Origin: an uncultured Candidatus Saccharibacteria bacterium | GTDB lineage: Bacteria > Patescibacteriota > Minisyncoccia > Minisyncoccales > Staskawiczbacteraceae | Direction of reading: 5' to 3' | DNA: 64,000 nucleotides | NCBI GenBank assembly: GCA_964599285.1 | Contig: CAZREI010000002.1 | Span: 9,955-73,954 of the forward strand | Position numbers and translations under genes: made by a program | Shown here: piece after piece, positions 1 to 10,056 of the stretch | Layout: every line of letters begins with the position of its first letter | Position numbering within the stretch: position 1 is the first letter of the stretch | Notes under the pieces: generated by a model | The model's database searches: none | The model's input: only the letters and a program-made list of their open reading frames with translations | What the model was told of the DNA's origin: nothing

Positions 1-84
1 AATAGCGAATGGTGTACGAATTTACGAATGTGCGACGACGTCGTTATTCGAAAATTCGCAAGTAATTCGTTATTCGCTGATAGG

Positions 85-624
85 CTATCTTGTTTTAAGT
101 TTCCGCAACGCTTCCATCGTCGCCCGCGCGTTGTTTAATTTATTTTTTGATCCGGACAAAATTTTTGATGAAACGTTTTTAATTCCAGCTAAATCGCAAA
201 TGGTTCGGACCGCGCCGCCGGCAACCAAGCCTCGACCCTTTTTCTGGGGTTTGAGCAAAATAACCGCCGGGCCGAACTTAGCTTCTACCTGATGCGGAAT
301 GGTTTCATTGACAATGACCACGTTAATCATATTTTTTTTGGCCCGAGCCGTTGCTTTTTCAACCGCTTGGGATACGTCGCGACCCTTGTCAATTCCAATG
401 CCAATCTTGCTTTTTTTGTCGCCGGCAATGACCACTGCCCGAAAACTCATCCGCTTGCCTCCGCCGGTTACGCGCGTTACGCGGGCCAAATCCAAAAGCT
501 TGGAGTCTATACCATCATTAGCTTCCTGCCTGCGCCCGCCAAAGCCCCGTCGCAAAGGCCGAAAACCATCGTTGGTTCTTGCCACATTTTTAGCTGGAAT
601 AGGTTGTTTTGTATCGTCTGCCAT
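85..624 (-). CDS. rpsE: 30S ribosomal protein S5
   Basis: RVTRVTGGGKRMSFRAVV and GLVAGGAVR motifs; spc operon position; start moved to MADD. Confidence 0.97.
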   Translation of the reverse strand: MADDTKQPIPAKNVARTNDGFRPLRRGFGGRRQEANDGIDSKLLDLARVTRVTGGGKRMSFRAVVIAGDKKSKIGIGIDKGRDVSQAVEKATARAKKNMINVVIVNETIPHQVEAKFGPAVILLKPQKKGRGLVAGGAVRTICDLAGIKNVSSKILSGSKNKLNNARATMEALRKLKTR

Positions 625-633
625 TAATAATAT

Positions 634-720
634 CAACGAATAACGAATTACGTACGAATTTACGAATGTGCAACGACGTCGTTATTCGAAAATTCGCAAG
701 TAATTCGTTATTCGATGATG
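634..720. repeat. ACGAAT/ATTCGT microrepeat palindrome (family A1; other copies 1-80 and 3440-3522)
   Basis: aacgaataacgaattac arm versus gtaattcgttattcgatg arm; near-identical copies. Confidence 0.85.
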
Positions 721-722
721 AA

Positions 723-1067
723 TTAAAACTTTAACCCGCCTTCCCTCGCCCCATCGGCCACCGCTTTTATCCTTCCATGAAAAACGTTACCTCCGCGGTC
801 AAACACAGCCTTTTCAATTTTTTTCTCAAGAGCTAATTTTGCTATCAATTTTCCAATCTCCATAGCGTGACTGGTTTTGTTTCCCTTAGATTTTAATTTC
901 AAATCGCTAGCCTGGACCAAAACCTTGGCATTATCGTCATCAATTAATTGGGCGTAAATATGCTGACTGGATCTGAAAACACAAAGCCGCGGCTTGTCTT
1001 TGGTGCCGCTGATTCTGGTTCTTATCTTGGTGTGGATTCTTTGTCGTTTTAGTTGCTTTCTTAACAT
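723..1067 (-). CDS. rplR: 50S ribosomal protein L18
   Basis: PRLCVFRS..HIYAQLIDD, VFDRGG..HGRIKAVAD. Confidence 0.97.
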   Translation of the reverse strand: MLRKQLKRQRIHTKIRTRISGTKDKPRLCVFRSSQHIYAQLIDDDNAKVLVQASDLKLKSKGNKTSHAMEIGKLIAKLALEKKIEKAVFDRGGNVFHGRIKAVADGAREGGLKF

Positions 1068-1069
1068 AT

Positions 1070-1175
1070 GTTTGAATCTTGAATTTTGTATCTAGTATCT
1101 TGAATTGAATGTTGAATTTAGAATTTAACGTCCGTGTTTTTATTCCAGCTTCAAGATACAAAATTCCAGATTCTA
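1070..1175. repeat. TTGAAT/CTTG microrepeat palindrome (family D; also 6219-6328 and 22572-22690)
   Basis: ttgaatcttgaat..gtatcttgaa arm versus ttccagcttcaagatacaa..agattc arm, three similar copies. Confidence 0.8.
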
Positions 1176-1721
1176 TTTTTTTGTGGCCACCACTTTCTTT
1201 CCTTCCTTCCTTCTAATCCTCTCGCCCTGATATTTAATTCCTTTGCCTTTATAGGGTTCGGCTTTTTTGGTGGCTCTTATTTGCGCGGAAATTTCACCCA
1301 CTACTTCTTTATTATTTCCAGAAACCGTAATCACGTTTTTTTCTACCAAAAAGGTAATGCCCTCTGGTTTTTTTATTTTTACGGGATTTACAAATCCCAA
1401 ATTCATCACCAGTTCATCTCCTTGCACATTAGCCTTAAAACCAACTCCTTCAATTTCTAATTTTTTTTCAAAGCCCTTGCTGACGCCTTCCACCATATTA
1501 AAAATCAATGCTCGATACAATCCCCAAAGTCCGCGCGCGCTTTTTATTAAATTCCGTTTTGGCGTAACAAAAATCTTGCCATCCTTGTTTTCAACCTGAA
1601 TGTCTTGATGGACGGTCATGTTCAATTCCCCTTTTGGTCCGGTTACTTTTACATCCTGACCGGTAATTTCAACTTTAACAGCTGAAGGAATTTCAATTAA
1701 TTTTTTACCAATTCGGCTCAT
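1173..1721 (-). CDS. rplF: 50S ribosomal protein L6
   Basis: MSRIGKK, EPYKGKGIKY. Confidence 0.98.
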   Translation of the reverse strand: MSRIGKKLIEIPSAVKVEITGQDVKVTGPKGELNMTVHQDIQVENKDGKIFVTPKRNLIKSARGLWGLYRALIFNMVEGVSKGFEKKLEIEGVGFKANVQGDELVMNLGFVNPVKIKKPEGITFLVEKNVITVSGNNKEVVGEISAQIRATKKAEPYKGKGIKYQGERIRRKEGKKVVATKK

Positions 1722-1833
1722 GTTTTTGATTTATGATTTAAGATTTACGATTTATGAATTTGACTTTACGAATTCGTTATTATAGTATATTTATAGCCCT
1801 TTGGCAAGCCACTACACCTATTTCGAGGAATCC

Positions 1834-2040
1834 ATGAAGTGCGAAATCCAAAATCTTGATGATGGACTTATTGTGCTATACCCAGAAGATGACAAGGATC
1901 AGATTTTTCTGCAGAAATTAGCATCAACGGACCAGCTCGTAGGAATCTGGTGTCCAAATCATCCGGAAATTGAAAGAGCTGTAGCTCGCCTGGAATCTGT
2001 AAACCAAACTGCAGTTCTTCGATTTCCTTTCGCCGGCTAA
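1834..2040 (+). CDS. orphan small protein in an antisense cassette between rpsH and rplF
   Basis: TTGACT at 1760 with -10-like box, GAGGA before ATG, hairpin plus T8 at 2047-2091. Confidence 0.6.
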   Translation: MKCEIQNLDDGLIVLYPEDDKDQIFLQKLASTDQLVGIWCPNHPEIERAVARLESVNQTAVLRFPFAG

Positions 2041-2092
2041 TAGTCAGGCGCTCCATCCCTTTAGCAAGGTAGGATAGAGCGCTCTTTTTTTA

Positions 2093-2482
2093 CTACCATA
2101 TCTCGAGCATTACTTCCCCTCCCAGTTTTGCTTTCCTTGCCTGATTGTTGGTCATCAAACCTTTGGGCGTGGAAATGATGGAAATGCCAAATCCTCCTCT
2201 TACTTTTTTTATTTCTGCGTTTTTTACGTAAATCCTTTGACCTGGTTTTGACACCCTTTTTGCGCCTTCAATAGCCGGAATTCCATTATCATATTTTAAA
2301 ACAATCTTCATTACCTTATTTTTATCTTTGGCAACTTTTTTTACATCGGCCACAAATCCTTCTTGCGCCAAAATCATTCCAATCTGGTTTTTCAATTTTG
2401 AAAAAGGAATCAAAACCTCCGGCTTTCCCAAAGCCTTGGCGTTTCTAATTTGATTTAACATGTCGGTGATTGGATCAGTCAT
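2093..2482 (-). CDS. rpsH: 30S ribosomal protein S8
   Basis: MTDPITDML, RVSKPGQRIY, ISTPKGLMT. Confidence 0.98.
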   Translation of the reverse strand: MTDPITDMLNQIRNAKALGKPEVLIPFSKLKNQIGMILAQEGFVADVKKVAKDKNKVMKIVLKYDNGIPAIEGAKRVSKPGQRIYVKNAEIKKVRGGFGISIISTPKGLMTNNQARKAKLGGEVMLEIW

Positions 2483-2485
2483 AGT

Positions 2486-2572
2486 TTAACATTTGACAAT
2501 TGACATGTGACATTTGACTTGCGAATTTGTAGCAACGTTGTCAATTGTCAATGGTCAAATGTCAATTGTTGC
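2486..2572. repeat. TGACA/TGTCA heptamer palindrome (family C; also 6762-6838, 20750-20826, partial 19808-19875)
   Basis: tttgacaattgacatgtgacatttgac versus gtcaattgtcaatggtcaaatgtcaattg. Confidence 0.8.
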
Positions 2573-2574
2573 TG

Positions 2575-2760
2575 TTACCAGCTTGATTTTGTTACTCCTG
2601 GAATTTCTCCTTTGTTGGCCAGTTCCCTAAAACATATCCGGCAAAGTCCGAACTTTCTCATAAAACCATGCCTTCGACCGCACTTAAAACAGCGTCTTTG
2701 CAGGCGGCTAGAAAACTTGGGTTTCATTTTTGCTTTTGCTTCTTGTGAAACTTTTGCCAT
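2575..2760 (-). CDS. rpsZ: 30S ribosomal protein S14 (zinc-binding type Z)
   Basis: [19 protein letters not shown], ends KSSW. Confidence 0.97.
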   Translation of the reverse strand: MAKVSQEAKAKMKPKFSSRLQRRCFKCGRRHGFMRKFGLCRICFRELANKGEIPGVTKSSW

Positions 2761-2870
2761 GTTTTAAGTATCAGCGATTTTTCAGCGTATTGTTCGGCGT
2801 GATTTCAGCGGACTAACACTATCGCTGAACTTAACGCTGATATCAACGCTGAATCTACGCGGAACATCGA

Positions 2871-3431
2871 TTATTTTTCTCTGATTGGGAAGCCCATTAA
2901 TTTAAATAACTCAAGGCCTTCTTCCCTGCTTTTTGCGTTGGTAGAAACCGTTACCTCCAAACCAAAAATGGTTTTTTCTTTTTCAACCAGAATTTCCGGG
3001 AAAGAAATGTGCTCGCGAAATCCGATATTCAAATTTCCCCGCTTGTCTATTCCATGAGCATCCAAACCTTTAAAGTCGCGCGATCGGGGCAGTGACAAAT
3101 AAATAAACCGTTCCAAAAAATCCCACATTTTGCCTTTTCGCAGCGTCACCATGGCCGCGATATGCAAGCCCTCCCGCAAACTAAACCCTGCAATAGATTT
3201 TTTTGAAGCAACCAGCCGTGGTGCCTGTCCTGCGATTAAAGCCAAATCATGGCTTATGGCATTGTTGATTTTTTCGCGCTCGCCAGAAGTTTTACTGACC
3301 ACCTGCTTGCCAAAAGAACTGTTGATGGTAACTTTGGTAATGCGCGGCACGGCCATGCTATTTTTGTAACCAAACTTAGCCATCATAGCTGGAATTACCT
3401 GTTTTTGATATTTTTGCTGTAACTTCTCCAT
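2871..3431 (-). CDS. rplE: 50S ribosomal protein L5
   Basis: KKSIAGFSLREG, LPRSRDFKG; the longer ORF start lies in a repeat. Confidence 0.97.
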   Translation of the reverse strand: MEKLQQKYQKQVIPAMMAKFGYKNSMAVPRITKVTINSSFGKQVVSKTSGEREKINNAISHDLALIAGQAPRLVASKKSIAGFSLREGLHIAAMVTLRKGKMWDFLERFIYLSLPRSRDFKGLDAHGIDKRGNLNIGFREHISFPEILVEKEKTIFGLEVTVSTNAKSREEGLELFKLMGFPIREK

Positions 3432-3524
3432 AACATTATCATCGAATAACGAATTACTTTCGAATTTGCGAATCGTGTCGGACGTTATTCGTAAATTCGT
3501 ACACAATTCGTTATTCGTTGATAT

Positions 3525-3830
3525 CTAAACTTCTGATTTACACTTTTTGCAAATTCTAAATTTCCTGTCGCCATCAATCTTGTACCCTATTCTGGTTGCC
3601 TTGCCACATTTGGGACAAATCAGTTTCACATTAGAAGCATCCAAGGGAGCCTGTACCGGCACCACTTGTCCTTTTTCTCCCTCTTTTTTTGGCTTGATGT
3701 GTTTCTTTTTTAAATTCATTCCTTCAACCAACACTTTCCGCTCTTTTACCAAGGACTTTAAAATCTTGGCAGTCCTGCCTTTATCTTTTCCGGAAATGAC
3801 TAATACATTGTCGCCTTTCTTCAACTTCAT
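3525..3830 (-). CDS. rplX: 50S ribosomal protein L24
   Basis: KKGDNVLVISGKDKG KOW motif. Confidence 0.97.
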   Translation of the reverse strand: MKLKKGDNVLVISGKDKGRTAKILKSLVKERKVLVEGMNLKKKHIKPKKEGEKGQVVPVQAPLDASNVKLICPKCGKATRIGYKIDGDRKFRICKKCKSEV

Positions 3831-3836
3831 GATTTC

Positions 3837-3913
3837 GCTACGAAATACGAATCAAGTACGAATATACCAATAAGATTTAATTCGTATATTCGTAAAAAAT
3901 TCGTATTTCGTAG
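3837..3913. repeat. GCTACGAAATACGAAT palindrome (family A2; also 4318-4398, 36005-36086, 36326-36406)
   Basis: gctacgaaatacgaat ... attcgtatttcgtagc terminal arms. Confidence 0.85.
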
Positions 3914-3942
3914 CCCAATTTACTTTTACCTTTATGGCTGCA

Positions 3943-4311
3943 TTACAATAATTCTGTGGCCATCATGGCTATCTTATCAAACCCCTTGTCTTTTACTTCT
4001 TTGGCCGCGGGACCGAACACTCTTCCTCCTTTGGGCAATTTGCCTTCTCCTAAAATTACTACCGCGTTATCATCAAATCGTATGTAAGAACCATCTTGCC
4101 GTTTAAATTCCTTTTTCTGCCGGATGATGACTGCCTTGACCACATCGTGCTTTTTTACCAACTTGCGCGGATCGGCCTTTTTAACGGTTCCCACAATCAC
4201 TTCTCCCAGCTGGGCATAATGCTTTCGGGTTCCGCCCGGAAGGTTAATACACTGCAGGATTTTTGCTCCCGAGTTGTCTGCGACAATTAACATAGACCTT
4301 GGCTGAATCAT
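3943..4311 (-). CDS. rplN: 50S ribosomal protein L14
   Basis: VADNSGAK, IRFDDNAVV. Confidence 0.98.
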   Translation of the reverse strand: MIQPRSMLIVADNSGAKILQCINLPGGTRKHYAQLGEVIVGTVKKADPRKLVKKHDVVKAVIIRQKKEFKRQDGSYIRFDDNAVVILGEGKLPKGGRVFGPAAKEVKDKGFDKIAMMATELL

Positions 4312-4405
4312 AATATTGCTACGAAATACGAATCAATTACGAATATACGAACATAGGCGTCTGATTTGGTATATTCGTAAAAAATTCGTATTTCGTAGCC
4401 AGAAA

Positions 4406-4639
4406 TTAAATCTTACTTATTACGGTAAATTTCTTGTCCCTTGAGATTGGGTTGGTTTCTTCAATGACAACTTTATCGCCAACATGGTATTGCTGGCTTT
4501 CATCGTGGGCTTTGTATTTTTTGTGGACTTTGTATCTTCGTTTGTACTTGGGATGCTCTTTGACTCGTTCCACTTCAACCACCACGGTTTTTTGCATCTT
4601 GTCGGAAACCACAATTCCCGTTAATTTCTTTTTGCTCAT
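4406..4639 (-). CDS. rpsQ: 30S ribosomal protein S17
   Basis: GIVVSDKMQKTVVV, HPKYK. Confidence 0.97.
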   Translation of the reverse strand: MSKKKLTGIVVSDKMQKTVVVEVERVKEHPKYKRRYKVHKKYKAHDESQQYHVGDKVVIEETNPISRDKKFTVISKI

Positions 4640-4721
4640 AGTTTTCAGTTTAATATCCGCAATATCCGTAATATCCGATATCTGATATTATTGATATTTG
4701 CTTTGCGATATTGGTTGATAG

Positions 4722-4910
4722 TTATCGTGTTATTTCTTTTATGATCGTCAAAATGGTAGCGATTTCTTTTTTAGTATTATGAATCTCTTTGACGTTCTTT
4801 AACTGGTTGGCGGAAAATTTAAACCGTAAATCACTTAGCTTTTTGGTAAGCTCATGGGCATTTTTTTGCAATTCGCCAATATCTTTTTTTCTTAGTTCTT
4901 GCGTTTTCAT
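4722..4910 (-). CDS. rpmC: 50S ribosomal protein L29
   Basis: size, operon position, LRFK..QLKN..KKEIA. Confidence 0.93.
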   Translation of the reverse strand: MKTQELRKKDIGELQKNAHELTKKLSDLRFKFSANQLKNVKEIHNTKKEIATILTIIKEITR

Positions 4911-5011
4911 AATAATGGCAATGCAAATCTACAAATCTTATGCTAATCTACAAAATTGCTAATGTGATATTCGCATATTCGCGGCATTCGCATAAGATTC
5001 GCAGATTTGCA

Positions 5012-5428
5012 TTACCCTTCTCTCTTAATGAATTTGGTCTTGATAGGCAGTTTGATGCCGGCGCCTTTGAACGCTTCGCGCGCCACCTCTTCTTTCAATC
5101 CGTCAATTTCAAAAATAATCCTTCCTGGTTTTATGGGATACACATAGTGATGCACGCCTCCCTTGCCACCACCCAACGGCACTTCTTCTCCCTTTGAAGT
5201 AACTGGTTTGTCCGGAAAAATTCTCACCCATAGTTTTCCGCCCTTTTTCATGTATCGGATAATGTGCCTTCGCGCCGCTTCCAACTGGCGAGCGGTAATC
5301 CACTTGGTGCCCATGGCTTTTAACCCAAAACTGCCGAAATTCAATTCCGTAGCGCGCGTCTCCACTCCTCGGCTGACACCTCGGTGCCACTTGCGGTGCT
5401 TTACTTTTTTGGGCATTAATAAACTCAT
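5012..5428 (-). CDS. rplP: 50S ribosomal protein L16
   Basis: PKKVKHRK, ITARQLEAAR, RIFPDKP. Confidence 0.98.
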   Translation of the reverse strand: MSLLMPKKVKHRKWHRGVSRGVETRATELNFGSFGLKAMGTKWITARQLEAARRHIIRYMKKGGKLWVRIFPDKPVTSKGEEVPLGGGKGGVHHYVYPIKPGRIIFEIDGLKEEVAREAFKGAGIKLPIKTKFIKREG

Positions 5429-5432
5429 ATTC

Positions 5433-5540
5433 TTTGATATATATTCGCCTCTGGCGAATGATACTTAGAGATATTTGCGCGCCTTGCGCGCGATATTTTT
5501 CTAGTATCTATTAATATCCGTAATATCCATTAATATCTAT
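5433..5540. repeat. composite intergenic repeat (family G), near-identical copy at 17912-18017
   Basis: ctttgatat..ttcgcc..ggcgaatgatacttagagatatttgcgcgcc..gcgcgcgatat..atatccgtaatatc shared by both copies. Confidence 0.85.
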
Positions 5541-6214
5541 TTATCAAAACGCTCTCCCTTATAAATCCAAACCTTAATTCCAATGACACCGTACGTGCAG
5601 TGCGCTTCCACCTGGGCGTAATCAATATCAGCTCTGATGGTCTGGCGCGGAAGCCTCCCCTGTTTTAACCATTCTTTGCGGGCAATTTCCACGCCATTTA
5701 ACCTGCCCGACACTTCCATGCGCACGCCTTTGACTTCTTTATTTTGCATCACCCGTTCCAATCCCATTTTCAAAACCTGCCGAAAAGGAATCCTTTTTTC
5801 AATCTGCTGAGCCGCCCATTGTCCGACCAGTTCGGCCACAATCCAAGGGTTTTTCATTTCCTTAATGTCAATTTTGATTTCCCGTTTTTCATGTCCTGCC
5901 CCTGCTTTTCCGGTCGCGAATACCTTGTCATGCAGTTTTTTGACAATCATGTTTTTTAAGGTTTCCGTCCCCTGTCCGCCTCTGCCAATGATAATTCCCG
6001 GCCGCGCTGATTCAATAATAATGTTCAGCTTATTGGCCGAATGCTCTATTTCTATGTTGGCAACCGAAGCTTCTTTTAAGATGTCACGCAGAAAATCTTT
6101 GATCAAAAAATCTTCCTCTAAATACTGGGGCATTTGCTTGCCATAAAAACCGCGGACGTTCCAGTCTTCCAGCCCTTTGATTCTAAATGATTTTGGATGT
6201 ACTTTGTGACCCAC
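5537..6214 (-). CDS. rpsC: 30S ribosomal protein S3 (GTG start)
   Basis: GHKVHP, RPGIIIGRGG, TIRADIDY. Confidence 0.97.
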   Translation of the reverse strand: MGHKVHPKSFRIKGLEDWNVRGFYGKQMPQYLEEDFLIKDFLRDILKEASVANIEIEHSANKLNIIIESARPGIIIGRGGQGTETLKNMIVKKLHDKVFATGKAGAGHEKREIKIDIKEMKNPWIVAELVGQWAAQQIEKRIPFRQVLKMGLERVMQNKEVKGVRMEVSGRLNGVEIARKEWLKQGRLPRQTIRADIDYAQVEAHCTYGVIGIKVWIYKGERFDK

Positions 6215-6327
6215 GTTTTTGAATCTTGAATCTCGTATCTTGTATCTTGAACGGAATAATGAATTTGGAATACCGCGCATTCACTATTCCGTATTCGATT
6301 CCAGCTTCTAGATACAAGATTCTAGAT

Positions 6328-6756
6328 TCACGTTATTTTTTGATACTCTTTTTTCCTTACTTTTACTTCCTTTTTAATTTCCGGTTTCATTGCTTTTTTA
6401 ACTTTCCCTGCTGGCTTTTCCGCTTTACCATCAGTTAATATTAGGGTAATATGGGAAGTTCTTTTCATAATCGGGTATGCTCTGCCCCGCGACATCGGGT
6501 GGGACCTCTTTAATTTTGGCCCTTCGTCAACAAACACTTGGGAAATTTTAAGGTTGCTTTCTTCCAAATGCAAATCATGCACCGCCGATGCCACCGCGCT
6601 GTTTAACAGCCTTAGTACGGGAAGTGCGCCTCGCTTTACGGTAAATTCCAAAAGGGCGCGGGCTTGAGCCACGTCTTTGTTGCGAATCAAATCAACCACT
6701 TCTTTTGACTTTCGTGGCGCTGTCCGTAAATTTCGTAATACTACTTTAACCTCCAT
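6328..6756 (-). CDS. rplV: 50S ribosomal protein L22
   Basis: RTAPRK, VDEGPKLKR, KRTSHIT. Confidence 0.97.
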   Translation of the reverse strand: MEVKVVLRNLRTAPRKSKEVVDLIRNKDVAQARALLEFTVKRGALPVLRLLNSAVASAVHDLHLEESNLKISQVFVDEGPKLKRSHPMSRGRAYPIMKRTSHITLILTDGKAEKPAGKVKKAMKPEIKKEVKVRKKEYQKIT

Positions 6757-6836
6757 TGCTACATTTAACATGTGACAATTGACATTTGACCGCCGGTTCG
6801 TTTTTTGGTCAATTGTCAAATGTCAATGGTCAATTG

Positions 6837-7172
6837 TTACTTCTCTGGTTTTTTGACGTCCACTGCTACTTTTGCCGCCTGCGACGCTTCAGCCTGCTGT
6901 TCTATTCCTTTTTGCATCTTGCCGCCGTGTCTTGAAAATTTGGTTGACGCGGAAAATTCCCCTAGCTTGTGCCCTACCATATCTTCAGAAACATACACCG
7001 GCACAAACTCCTTGCCATTGTGGACTCCAAAAGTAACCCCAACCATTTCCGGTGAAATCGTGGAAGAACGCGCCCAGGTTTTTATGATAGTCTTTTCGTC
7101 TTTGCGCAGCCTCAACACTTTTTCCAGCAATCGCTGATCTACGAAAGGACCTTTTCTTAAGCTTCTCGACAT
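6837..7172 (-). CDS. rpsS: 30S ribosomal protein S19
   Basis: [17 protein letters not shown]. Confidence 0.98.
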   Translation of the reverse strand: MSRSLRKGPFVDQRLLEKVLRLRKDEKTIIKTWARSSTISPEMVGVTFGVHNGKEFVPVYVSEDMVGHKLGEFSASTKFSRHGGKMQKGIEQQAEASQAAKVAVDVKKPEK

Positions 7173-7179
7173 AATTTTT

Positions 7180-7307
7180 GGAGTAATCACGAATATACAA
7201 ATACGTTCAAATATACAAATGTTACAAATATACGAATACGAGCGACGTGATTTGTATATTAGTAAAATTTGTATATTATTTTAGATTTGTATATTCGTGA
7301 TTACTCC
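7180..7307. repeat. GGAGTAATCACGAATATAC terminal-inverted-repeat palindrome (family B; 7 copies: 7180-7307, 8150-8289, 10696-10809, 18432-18581, 25112-25314, 27388-27501, 49297-49461)
   Basis: conserved ~19-23-bp inverted ends and ATATACAAAT/ATTTGTATAT internal units. Confidence 0.92.
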
Positions 7308-7312
7308 TTATC

Positions 7313-8143
7313 TTATTTTTTCTTACGCCTTTGTATGATGAATTTGTTGGTCCACTTTTTTCGGTTTCTGGTTTTCACTCCTAATGCCGGTAATCCCCAC
7401 GGAGTTTTTGGATGCTTCAATCCAATGGGTTGGCGACCTTCGCCTCCTCCATGCGGATGGTCAACCGGATTCATGGCTGATCCACGCACATGCGGCCGTC
7501 TTCCTTTCAATCGTGACTTACCGGCTTTTCCAACCGTGTAAAATCGATTTTCCGGATTAGACACCATGCCCACCGAAGCAAAACATTCTCCACTGACTTT
7601 GCGAACTTCGGTTGAAGGCATTTTCAAATTAGTGTAGCCGTGTTCTTGCGCCAATACCTGGGCCGCCGATCCTGCCGATCTTACCAAAATGCCGCCTTTA
7701 CCCGGTTCCAATTCAATGTTGTACACGTTCGTTCCCACCGGAATATTTTTTAACTTCATTCGATTACCCGGAGTTTGCGGCGCGTTTTCTGAAAATACTA
7801 TACTATCGCCCACTTTCAACCCTTGCGGCGCAATAATGTATTGCCTTACTTTATCCGAATATTCAATTAATGCAATAAAGCCGGTTCGGTTTGGGTCATA
7901 TTCCAAAGCAATCACATTTGCGGGCGCGTCCATTTTGGTTTGACTAAACTCAATAATCCGATACAGTTTTTTTACGCCGCCGCCTTTGTGTCGCACCGTA
8001 ATTCTGCCCGAAGCCTTTGATCTGCCAACCGAGCGCCTGACGTATTTTAAAAGCGATTTTTCCGCCCGTTTTTTTGTAAGCAAAGAAAAATCAATTCCGG
8101 TCATGCCCCGTCTGGATGGAGTTGTAGGTTTGTAAATCTTCAT
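7313..8143 (-). CDS. rplB: 50S ribosomal protein L2
   Basis: EYDPNR, AMNPVDHPHGGGEG. Confidence 0.99.
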   Translation of the reverse strand: MKIYKPTTPSRRGMTGIDFSLLTKKRAEKSLLKYVRRSVGRSKASGRITVRHKGGGVKKLYRIIEFSQTKMDAPANVIALEYDPNRTGFIALIEYSDKVRQYIIAPQGLKVGDSIVFSENAPQTPGNRMKLKNIPVGTNVYNIELEPGKGGILVRSAGSAAQVLAQEHGYTNLKMPSTEVRKVSGECFASVGMVSNPENRFYTVGKAGKSRLKGRRPHVRGSAMNPVDHPHGGGEGRQPIGLKHPKTPWGLPALGVKTRNRKKWTNKFIIQRRKKK

Positions 8144-8288
8144 AATTTTGGAGTAATCACGAATACACGAATATACGAATACTCTCAAATATACAAATCT
8201 TACAAATATACGAATGTGCGCGAATGTCGTAATTTGTATATTGGTAAAATTTGTATATTATTTTAGATTTGTATATTCGTGATTACTC

Positions 8289-8723
8289 CTATATGATCTC
8301 TATTTTTTGCCCTTCCTTGACTGTAACTACGGCTTTGGTAAATCCCTTTCTAAACCCTTCAGTTTTTCCCAGCCTTCTTTTTTTGTGCGGAATTGTTATT
8401 ATGTTGACGCCCAGCACGTCTACTCCGTAAATTCCTTCCACTGATTTTTTTATTTCTAATTTATTGGAGTTGCGGTAAACCTTAAATGTATATTTATTCT
8501 TTTCTGCCAAATTGGTTGCCTTTTCAGAAATATGCGGTTCTTTAATTACACTATAAGAAAACCCCTTTGCTTTCTTTGGTCCTGTGGTCCGAACCACGGG
8601 ACTGGGTTTTTGCGGTTCGGGTTTTGCTGATTTTGTAGTCAAAACTTTTTCCGATTTTTTATCAGCTGGTTTTTTCGCCTTTTCTACTTCCTTTTTTCTT
8701 TTTAAAAAATCAAATAAACTCAT
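8289..8723 (-). CDS. rplW: 50S ribosomal protein L23 with ~50-aa N-terminal extension
   Basis: PHISEKA, NKYTFKV, KAVVTV. Confidence 0.93.
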   Translation of the reverse strand: MSLFDFLKRKKEVEKAKKPADKKSEKVLTTKSAKPEPQKPSPVVRTTGPKKAKGFSYSVIKEPHISEKATNLAEKNKYTFKVYRNSNKLEIKKSVEGIYGVDVLGVNIITIPHKKRRLGKTEGFRKGFTKAVVTVKEGQKIEII

Positions 8724-8792
8724 GGAACATGGAACATGGAACATGGAACAAAACTACGACGTCTTGTTATGTGTTCCATGTTATGTGTTATG
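8721..8792. repeat. CATGGAA x4 heptamer palindrome joining the rplD stop and rplW start (family H)
   Basis: catggaacatggaacatggaacatggaac versus gttatgtgttccatgttatgtgttatg. Confidence 0.75.
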
Positions 8793-9426
8793 TCTTTTTC
8801 GAAGAAAAAGTCGCCTCTATATCCTTAATTCCCTCTTTGCTTACTACCACATATTTGTAATTGAGCAAATCCACGACGTTCAAATTCCGAGCTTCCGACA
8901 CTCCGGTTCTTGCGATGTTTCGCGAAACCAAGAATGTTTTCTTATCTTCATTCGCCCAAACAACTAATCTGCTATGAGCCTTTACCGGCAAATGTTTTAT
9001 CATAGTTGCCATTTCCTTTGTTTTCGAGGTTTTTGTTGCCAACTCATCTACAACCACCAATAAATTCTTTTTTGCTTTTTCTGAAAGCACCATAAACAAA
9101 GCCTTTCTTCTCATTTTAGTAGGCACAGCTTTTGCGTAATTTTTATCGTTTCTTGGACCCCCGGAAACTCCGCCACCTTTCCAAATAGGAGATCGGGTAG
9201 ATCCGTGCCGCGCGCGCCCCGTTCCTTTCTGTCTCCAAGGTTTTCGTCCACCACCGCGCACTTCTCCCCGGGTTTGAGTATGGGCCGAAACTTGTCGCTT
9301 ATTGGCAGTCTGGGAAATTAAAACTTGGTGCACCAAATCCGCGTTCATGGGAACCTCGAAGATGTCTTTGGGTAAGGTTATGCTTCCGTCCTCTGCGCCC
9401 TTTTGATTGTAGACTGGGTATTTCAT
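8788..9426 (-). CDS. rplD: 50S ribosomal protein L4
   Basis: GGGRKPWRQKGTGRARHGS. Confidence 0.98.
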   Translation of the reverse strand: MKYPVYNQKGAEDGSITLPKDIFEVPMNADLVHQVLISQTANKRQVSAHTQTRGEVRGGGRKPWRQKGTGRARHGSTRSPIWKGGGVSGGPRNDKNYAKAVPTKMRRKALFMVLSEKAKKNLLVVVDELATKTSKTKEMATMIKHLPVKAHSRLVVWANEDKKTFLVSRNIARTGVSEARNLNVVDLLNYKYVVVSKEGIKDIEATFSSKKT

Positions 9427-9608
9427 GGTACTACGCTGAAGTAACGCTGATATCAACGCTGAATTTACGCTGATACTTTGTCCTCCCTCGCGCGCAATTT
9501 CTTGCGAAATTCCGCGCGACGATTGACAAATAGAGTTTATTATTATATACTATCCTTGTTGTTCTTTCAAGTCGCTCAATCCTCTTTTTCTCCTGAAAGG
9601 AGATCGTC

Positions 9609-9830
9609 GTGATCGAAAATGCACTTTATGTTTGGGATCTCTTCCTTGATAGCGAAAAACATGAAGCATCAAGGCGGAGTATCATTGAAAAGCTTGATAG
9701 TCTGTCTATAGTTGGTTTCCGTGTTACTAGTTTCCAACACTTTCCAGACGAGAAGATCATCACCTTTCATCTCCAAAGAGAAAAAAAAGAAACTTCACCA
9801 CCTGCTCCACCGGCAACCATTGCCGACTGA
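9609..9830 (+). CDS. orphan small protein in an antisense cassette between rplC and rplD
   Basis: TTGACA-17-TATACT (9523-9551), GAAAGGAG SD before GTG, hairpin plus T7 at 9840-9879. Confidence 0.62.
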   Translation: MIENALYVWDLFLDSEKHEASRRSIIEKLDSLSIVGFRVTSFQHFPDEKIITFHLQREKKETSPPAPPATIAD

Positions 9831-9901
9831 ATGTGTCATGCGCCTCGTCGTTTTGAAAACGGCCTGGCGCTCTTTTTTTGCTTAAATTTTCAAATTACTC
9901 T

Positions 9902-9934
9902 GGATTGCCACGTCGCTTCGCTCCTCGCAATGAC
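9902..9934. repeat. REP-like GGATTGCCAC...CTCGCAATGAC element (also ~13864, 18486, 25175, 31862, 49360)
   Basis: six recognisable copies with variable inner loops. Confidence 0.85.
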
Positions 9935-10056
9935 GACGTTTGGTTTCCGCGTTTTTCCGCGAGACGCTGGGCGTCCCTGCCCCGCTCAGCGTGGGCGTAA
10001 ATTTCCCCGGCCTCGACTCGCTGTCAAGGCGAGGCGGGCGCGTTATTCCGCGATTG